From: Epithemia pelagica
Taxonomy: Eukaryota; Protista; Bacillariophyta
Assembly (NCBI GenBank): GCA_946965045.2
Contig: OX337229.1
Span: 3,906,001 to 3,970,000, forward strand
Length of the DNA: 64,000 bases
Direction of reading: 5' to 3'
Below, piece by piece: positions 58,901-64,000 of this stretch (the first letter of the stretch is position 1; every line of letters starts with the position of its first letter). The notes under the pieces are model-generated. The model worked only from the letters and a program-made list of their open reading frames with translations, searched no databases and was not told the origin of the DNA. The position numbers were made by a program, and so were the translations under genes.

Positions 58901-61616
58901 TGACAAACTGTTTGGTTGACTTGATCCCATAGATATCAGTAACCAGAGTATCTCGACCAACAAAGATTTGTGCGACTTTACCGCCATGGTCAACAGCAGG
59001 GGTGTCGGAGAAAACCGAGTCAGTAGCAACGGGTTCATGGCGTCGAGGTATATTAAGGACCGGATTGCGAGCCTTGAAATGTTTCTTGAGGGTGTCGTGG
59101 TCAAAAGTAATGCTACCATTACGTGTAGTGTGCTTGAACGTATCGGCAATAACATCTTCAGATTGCCAACCAAAGAATGGACGGAACTTCTTCCAGTCAT
59201 ACGCTTCCTGGTAACGACGGTGGACAGAGGCATGAAGTGTAGGATCATTACCTTCTGCGTCAGCATAGATAGAAAAGAAGGGTGCGTCGTCAGGTCCATG
59301 ATCGTATGGGAGATCCAAAAGGAGATTGAGGTTACAAACAACACGATCAGTGTACTCCCCATAGTTGTCATATGGATGGTTCGACATACTACCATCAGTC
59401 TTGACGTGTTTCCAATCAGGATCATTGTCAGAGGGTGTGGGAGAAAACGAATGGTCCAGAACACCAGGATCCCATGTGTCGGGTGACGTGAAGATGATCT
59501 GAGGTAAGGTATCCATGTCATCGTCGCTGGGGATACCCAAGGAGTGGATGTAGGCTAACCCATCCTTGATGTGAAGGGGTATGGCACGACCATCAAGTGT
59601 AGTGATGCGTTGTTTACCATCAACTTTAACAGATCGTTCATCAACAGCAAGTCCGAAATGCTCGAATTGACCAGGAGCATGGATAGATAAGCCCTTCCCA
59701 TAATAAGCATATTCATTGAAGATGCCGACAATAGGTCCATCATTGGTCTCAAACTTTGCGGCACATGTGACGACAGGAAGTCCAGTAAGTTCATGGTTAT
59801 CAATACCCACAATAGTGATATGGCGGCCAGTCTTAGAAAGGATGCGCATGTCAGAACCAGCAAGTCCTCCATTAGCACCACGGTCAATCAATTGATTCCC
59901 TGGTAAAGTAGATTTCCTGGAAAACAGATAGCGTGGAACATGTCCTGCTTGTTTATGCATGTTGGCTTTGAAAGTAACCTTCTTGCTCGTCTTGGACTTG
60001 GCGTTAGAAAGAACACTAGTCAGGTCAGTTGCCGGGTGATTGATATCAGTCGTCATGGCTTGGTTGATAAATTGTGTAACCGGATCTGAATCATCTGAAT
60101 GCTCAGTGACTACGCCAGGTGAGTCGTCATCAGATACAACTTGGTTGGGATCAGGATCAGGTTCCGGATCAATGTCGAGGGCATGTGTTTGCACTGTCCT
60201 CGGTATTGTTGATGAAGGTGCTTGAATCATCTTGTTATATTCAATGATCAACTTGCGATCTTCTTCAGAAAGTTTGAACCATAGGTCACGCGGTAGACTA
60301 ACCTTGGACGAAGAGGATGGAGATTCAGATGTCGCTTTGGTGTTGTGGACATGATACTCCATATCATCTTGTGAGGTTATGTCAGCATCTGTATCTTGGC
60401 CATATAGTGATTCATGTTGTTTGACATGTCGACGGCGACTATGAACAGATGACTGGGTTGCTTGATCATGGTCATAAGCTGCGTCTAGAAGGAGACGGAA
60501 GTATGATTGATAGCAAAGGGATTTTGCACCGGATTTGGTGTTCACCACATTATCCAAGATCTTGACTCGGCGGAGATCAGGTACCTTTTCTACAGCTTGC
60601 ATGAGGAAGGTCATCCTGGTATGATCAGGGATGCGATCAGACAATGTCACTAAATTGTCTAGCAAACGTAGCTGCTCTTGAAAGTGTAGAAGAAATTGAC
60701 GTGTTGTTCCGCGCCATGTGTCGTCAAGACGTAGATTGGAAATGTAGTTGGTTAAGCGGAGGACTTCTCGCTTTGCTAGGTCGGATTCGGTATGCAAAGA
60801 GTGTAACTTCTGCAATACGGCACGCGCATCTTCATCATGTTCATGTTCACGTACATAGGCTCGACCTTGGTCAGTCTGAATGATACGGACAAGAACGGAG
60901 TAAAGAAATACTTGTTGCTCTTGAAAAAGTTCTTCGGCATACTCATCATCATGGGGTGGTGTGTATTTGAAATTCAGAACGTTGGATAGGCCTTGAGCCT
61001 TAGCTGTAGTCTTGAATACACGCCAGAATGAATCGTAGTATCGTTCATCCTTGAATACCTCATATGCAGTTGCGTCGCGCTTAGTTCCCTTTCTGAATGC
61101 TGTAAGGTCTTGTTGAGATTGGGATGCGGCAGTAACTGTGCTGACAGATTTCACAGATGACGGTGACTTCATTGGCGAGACTGGGACTTGGCTAGGTGGT
61201 CCCTTAGAGAAATCTGTGTTGATCCTCCAAGTGTTGAACTCTTTCCTCGTTAGGTTCATCCAGTCGCTATTGGATAGCTCGTCTTGAATTTCATTGGTCT
61301 TGTATGTGGCCCAATAAGCCAAGAGCTTGATCTGCTGTCTTGTGGGGCCTTGTAGATCATGTGTCTGTTTGTTGACCTTGTATTGTGTCAGTTCCTTCAT
61401 GGATTCCTCGGTATTAGTTTGCATATACGAGATAACATGGGTAATGTTCTCAAAACCATGGTATTTCATCCACTTCATTAAGTAGTCAGCCCTTTCTTTG
61501 GTAAAAAATTGGCAGACAGTAAATATGATGTGGTCGAATAGGTCTGTGTCCGAGACATTGTCTTGGTTATCTTCTCCCTTAGGAGTCGTAGGTGTCTTGG
61601 GTGATTGAGGATCCAT
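55929..61616 (-). CDS. pol: Gag-Pol polyprotein (Gag, protease, integrase, chromo-like segment, RT, RNase H) in copia order
   Basis: Protease LIDRGANGG; integrase VATDSVFSD / LISDGG / SEPYHQHQNKAE; RT ADIGNAYL, YKALYGLKSSG, YVDD; RNase H YVDANL, TYGSEF, GDN, NPADILSK. Confidence 0.97.
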   Translation of the reverse strand: MDPQSPKTPTTPKGEDNQDNVSDTDLFDHIIFTVCQFFTKERADYLMKWMKYHGFENITHVISYMQTNTEESMKELTQYKVNKQTHDLQGPTRQQIKLLAYWATYKTNEIQDELSNSDWMNLTRKEFNTWRINTDFSKGPPSQVPVSPMKSPSSVKSVSTVTAASQSQQDLTAFRKGTKRDATAYEVFKDERYYDSFWRVFKTTAKAQGLSNVLNFKYTPPHDDEYAEELFQEQQVFLYSVLVRIIQTDQGRAYVREHEHDEDARAVLQKLHSLHTESDLAKREVLRLTNYISNLRLDDTWRGTTRQFLLHFQEQLRLLDNLVTLSDRIPDHTRMTFLMQAVEKVPDLRRVKILDNVVNTKSGAKSLCYQSYFRLLLDAAYDHDQATQSSVHSRRRHVKQHESLYGQDTDADITSQDDMEYHVHNTKATSESPSSSSKVSLPRDLWFKLSEEDRKLIIEYNKMIQAPSSTIPRTVQTHALDIDPEPDPDPNQVVSDDDSPGVVTEHSDDSDPVTQFINQAMTTDINHPATDLTSVLSNAKSKTSKKVTFKANMHKQAGHVPRYLFSRKSTLPGNQLIDRGANGGLAGSDMRILSKTGRHITIVGIDNHELTGLPVVTCAAKFETNDGPIVGIFNEYAYYGKGLSIHAPGQFEHFGLAVDERSVKVDGKQRITTLDGRAIPLHIKDGLAYIHSLGIPSDDDMDTLPQIIFTSPDTWDPGVLDHSFSPTPSDNDPDWKHVKTDGSMSNHPYDNYGEYTDRVVCNLNLLLDLPYDHGPDDAPFFSIYADAEGNDPTLHASVHRRYQEAYDWKKFRPFFGWQSEDVIADTFKHTTRNGSITFDHDTLKKHFKARNPVLNIPRRHEPVATDSVFSDTPAVDHGGKVAQIFVGRDTLVTDIYGIKSTKQFVNTLQDNIRFRGAMETLISDGGSSLISQKVKDILRTLLIGEYRSEPYHQHQNKAENRYQTVKRMTNALMNATGCPANTWLLCLEYVCDLLNHTSSPTHSGRTPLEALSGRPPDITHLLFFPFWDEVYYRVDPAEPNSGSYPSSSDEKLGHWVGFAHNVGDSFTWKILTQDNQIIYRSAVRRVESTTPNLRVDRPSGEDSSDKDDNDKQADTVFIRSDSEDPSKPMPTIDFDDMIGRTFLCDTEENGERHRARVIKRVIDLNEEATKQEERVKYIYRKTNSDVDEMISYNQLMEYIERDNQAQTSGDNLFRFRDVIAHQGPLNTTDPDYKGSKYNLLVDWETGETTYEPLSLIANDDPITVAIYGKKHDLLNEPGWKHLKRYVKTSKRLIRAAKQSRIKQVHHSVKYKFGFQVPRNYEEAVTLDKQHGNTKWQDATELELSQIQSYKTFKDFGKAIFIKGKVSNAPEGYHKIRVHLVFDVKHDGRHKARLVADGHLTKEPVETIYSGVVSIRNLRIALFLGTLNDLEIWGADIGNAYLEALTGEKLFIVAGPEFKELEGHILIIYKALYGLKSSGARWHDVLFDVLTDMGFSPSKADPDIWMRKAPGEDCYEYIAVYVDDLAIISTDPGNICKILKEKYNFKLKGDGPIDFHLGCCYTKDSDGTLVADPRRYIGKMMDTFERIFKEKPKKAKTPLIGGDHPELDDSELLDEEGTNHFQTLIGQLQWVITIGRFDVFTATMTLSRFRAAPRKGHLDRAKRIYGYLAHLPEGAIRFRIGEPDYSSLPTQEFDWTRTVYSNASERIPEDCPTPLGRYVTTTHYVDANLMHDIVTGKSVTAVLHLLNGTPIDWYSKRQSTVETATYGSEFVAARTAIDQITELRHSLRYLGVPIRERSYMYGDNRSVVLNATVPHSILSKRHHLLSYHRVREAIAAKYVAFYWKDGKTNPADILSKHWDFVSIWPMLKPLLFWKGEVQDLNKSNDDKAETTSCGEC
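55935..55942 (-). other. Polypurine tract of nested element
   Basis: GTGGGGAG immediately 5' of the 3' LTR on the minus strand. Confidence 0.75.
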
Positions 61617-61900
61617 GGTGTTATTTGGTTGGTTCGATGTTTATTTAATGTGCGGTGTGATGTGGTTTATTTAATGTGTGATGTGATGTGAACCCGGATG
61701 TACCACGTGTGCCACGTATGTACCACGTATGTAATACCCGGATGTGTGTTGTGATGTGCGACTCCTGGAAATTTCCGTTGATTTCGACAAATTTTCGCCG
61801 AGTTTCAACAAATTTTCGCCGAATTTTCGCGATTTGACGGGAATGTGTGGCGTGTTGTGCGACCAAGGGTACCCGGATGTGCGTTGAGTTTAAGTCTTGG
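61617..61900 (-). promoter_or_regulatory. Repeat-rich spacer between extra ORF and gag-pol, putative internal promoter
   Basis: Minus strand: CATCCGGGT x3, CGGCGAAAATTTGT x2, ACGTGG x3, CACATTAAATAAAC x2 just upstream of the gag ATG. Confidence 0.45.
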
Positions 61901-61936
61901 AAAGGTTTTGAGAGGACGGGAGTTAACTATGAGTAA

Positions 61937-62716
61937 TTAAGCTTCGGTCTCTGAATCCTCACCCTCTTCCGAATGATCAGAGTCGCTTCCAGGCTCAGAT
62001 GGGGCAGCACAAGCAACAGAAGAAGGGGTATCACCTTCAGCCAGGTGGTTCTCGACCTCGGTACGCAAAGGGTAGATAGTTGCACGATGGTCCTCGATGG
62101 TATGGACCTCGTGGATGTAGGCAACGTAGTTATCTAGGCGTACAACGTTAGGAGGCAGAGGGCAAGTCGTCGCGTTCACGACGTAGATGGTATTGTAGTA
62201 TCCAGTTGGGCGCTCGAAGGTTAGGAAGCGGAGGTGGACAGTACGGATGGGGTTGCCCGAGAGGGCGGCAAAGATGAGGCGACGCCTCGGAGAGCGGTGA
62301 AGTTGGTCGTTCAGACGGTCAATGTCTTCTTGGTCGACGATGTGGGTCACCGATTGGAACTGGCGTTCGATCTGGGTCTCCCCACGGATGATCTCGGGAT
62401 CGAAGGTCGAACAAGTTGGTTGGCGGAAGTACTTGATATGATCAGCAATCAACCGGGTGGTACGACGGGATCGAGAAGGGACGAGCCGACGAGGCGGACT
62501 CGGGGGCCGAAGCAACGGCGCAGGGATCGGAGCGTGAGGCTGGGTTGGAGTCTCGAATGGGTTGCTGTTGGAACTGTCGACGGAGATGTTGACCGATGTG
62601 TTGGCTGCCTTCGGCGTCGGCACCAGTTCCTGCTGCACCAGGGTATCGGGCTGCCCGGGATGCAGGTTGGCTCGATAGATCTGTCGTACAGGAGTGATAA
62701 TCTCGTTAGTATCCAT
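61937..62716 (-). CDS. Extra upstream ORF (259 aa) of unknown function inside the nested element
   Basis: ATG 36 nt after the 5' LTR; stop-free 780 bp, same strand as gag-pol; Pro-rich N-terminus, ordered core, acidic tail. Confidence 0.72.
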   Translation of the reverse strand: MDTNEIITPVRQIYRANLHPGQPDTLVQQELVPTPKAANTSVNISVDSSNSNPFETPTQPHAPIPAPLLRPPSPPRRLVPSRSRRTTRLIADHIKYFRQPTCSTFDPEIIRGETQIERQFQSVTHIVDQEDIDRLNDQLHRSPRRRLIFAALSGNPIRTVHLRFLTFERPTGYYNTIYVVNATTCPLPPNVVRLDNYVAYIHEVHTIEDHRATIYPLRTEVENHLAEGDTPSSVACAAPSEPGSDSDHSEEGEDSETEA

Positions 62717-62738
62717 GAAACCACAAGGAAATAAGCTT

Positions 62739-62752
62739 TGAGACTGTTAATC
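62739..62752 (-). other. Primer-binding site complementary to a tRNA-Asn(GUU) anticodon arm
   Basis: Abuts the 5' LTR. Minus strand GATTAACAGTCTCA; its complement TGAGA-CTGTTAA-TC is an anticodon stem plus a CU-GUU-AA loop plus 2 stem nt. Confidence 0.6.
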
Positions 62753-63535
62753 TGTTACAATTCTTTCTGAATCGTAGGGACATTGATGCTCGGTAGAGCA
62801 GACAATCAGGTAGGTCACCAACCGATACAAGCTTCTCAGGGTCAGAGAAGCAAGCAAGTCGAAGTCTATCAGAAGGATAGTCGGGACACAAAAGAGGATG
62901 TGATAAATGGTGATATTGTTAGATTGTGTGTTGATTACTACGATAGGTCTACGTGAAATGTTCGGTCCTGCCAAGGGTCATGTATCATAGGTTCTTGGCG
63001 GCAACAGGTTTGGAATAGTTGGAGTTGATTCATGTGATGTATATGACATGTATATGTGGGCGGATAACATATACAGGGTCAACAGCTCTTGCTTTGGGTT
63101 GGCATAGTTGTTTTCATGGCGCGCAGCTTGTTGACAATTTGGAGATTGTGGGAATGGAAATATGGTCTCGCGTGATCGTGTGTCGTGCTTGGGATACTTA
63201 GACCGTTGGATCGGATAGATGCCGATAGCGCTCGGATGTCGCTTGGGCGCGCTCGATGATTTCGGGCGCGTACGCTTAGGGCGTTAGTACAGTGTCCGAG
63301 CAACGGCCAAATTTACGTCCGTTGTAATACCGCACGACCCAATTTAGTCTTGAGAGTGAGTTCGTCAATCTATTCTCACTTTTCATGATTTGCGAAGAAA
63401 TATAGGTCGATATAGCGCGAAGCTAGGAAACATAGCTCGAAGCTAGAGGGCATGATGCGATAGCACGAGGCTATGTGACATGGGGAATCGATGAGATGTA
63501 GAATCTAACCACCATAGACGGTGAGAATTCTAACA
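62753..63535 (-). repeat. 5' LTR of nested element
   Basis: 783 bp, identical by eye to 55152-55934. Confidence 0.97.
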
Positions 63536-63540
63536 ATAAT

Positions 63541-64000
63541 GACGGAACTTGTCACATTCATAGTGGACGACGATCCCGAGGAGGAACAGGACCCGAAAGA
63601 TTGGTTGTCACGTGCACTCCACGTCACCAACAAAGGAATAGAACAAATAGCAGGCAGATTACACGCCCGAATCAAATCAAATCGGAGTGGCAGAACGCAC
63701 AGAATCCAACACCATTTCAACACAAGACGAAGATACAGGGTGAGCTTCAGAATCATGGCAGCCGTCATCGCCATGTCAGCAGGAATGTCCAATGGAGCAC
63801 AACAAGTTGGAACCTTCGATACTGACTCACGGCTGGTCGGGATCGATAATCGATGCTCGGGATGCATCAGCCACAAACGATCCGATTTCCCGGGTGAATT
63901 GTTGGAATGTAAGAGAGCCATCAAGGGATTTGGAGGCTCAAGGACGTATAACGTATGGCAAGGAACCTTGCAGTGGGACTGGGATGACGACCAAGGAGTC
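63541..64000 (+). CDS. pol: N-terminal Pol (protease region) of host element, separated from gag by the insertion; partial
   Basis: Open frame to the window end: ...TFDTDSRLVGIDNRCSGCISHKRSDFPGELLECKRAIKGFGG...WDWDDDQG, a CoDi-type protease motif. Confidence 0.85.

Larger units (their letters stand above)
55152..63535 (-). mobile_element. Intact nested Ty1/copia (CoDi-type) LTR retrotransposon, 8,384 bp
   Basis: Two 783-bp TG...CA LTRs, 5-bp TSD ATAAT (55147-51 and 63536-40), uninterrupted 1895-aa Gag-Pol, polypurine tract next to the 3' LTR. Confidence 0.97.
52782..64000 (+). mobile_element. Host Ty1/copia (CoDi-type) LTR retrotransposon, interrupted by a nested insertion; continues beyond the window
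   Basis: Gag ORF 53434-55017 and protease region after 63541. The 5' boundary (TG at 52782; putative LTR to CA at 53275) is only tentative because the 3' LTR is outside the window. Confidence 0.8.

Overview
Gene-dense eukaryotic DNA, most consistent with a diatom (probably a raphid pennate): short GT-AG introns, bipartite plastid-type presequences and CoDi-type Ty1/copia elements. Positions 1-52.7 kb hold about 19 protein genes: PIG-W/GWT1, pyruvate dehydrogenase kinase, eIF2B-epsilon, eIF4E, plastid GrpE, a bacterial-type cobalamin-binding radical SAM enzyme, two SLC35B transporters, a DUF1295 protein, two tandem paralogues with a novel CxxC-H-C finger, an ankyrin/pseudokinase protein, a secreted Lys-Gly/PTPK/Spondin_N protein, an Mdm35-like protein, an Apaf-1-like NB-ARC-TPR protein and a Tic22-like protein. 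There is also a tRNA-Arg(UCU) and a Stowaway-like MITE. From about 52.8 kb to the end is a nest of two copia retrotransposons. An intact 8,384-bp element (783-bp LTRs identical by eye, ATAAT target-site duplication, an extra upstream ORF, and a primer site matching a half tRNA-Asn) is inserted antisense into a second element. Removing the insert in silico shows the host gag and pol in the same frame, separated only by one UGA-C stop that is followed by a long stem-loop. This is the signature of programmed stop-codon readthrough. All assignments come from reading motifs by eye; no database searches were run.
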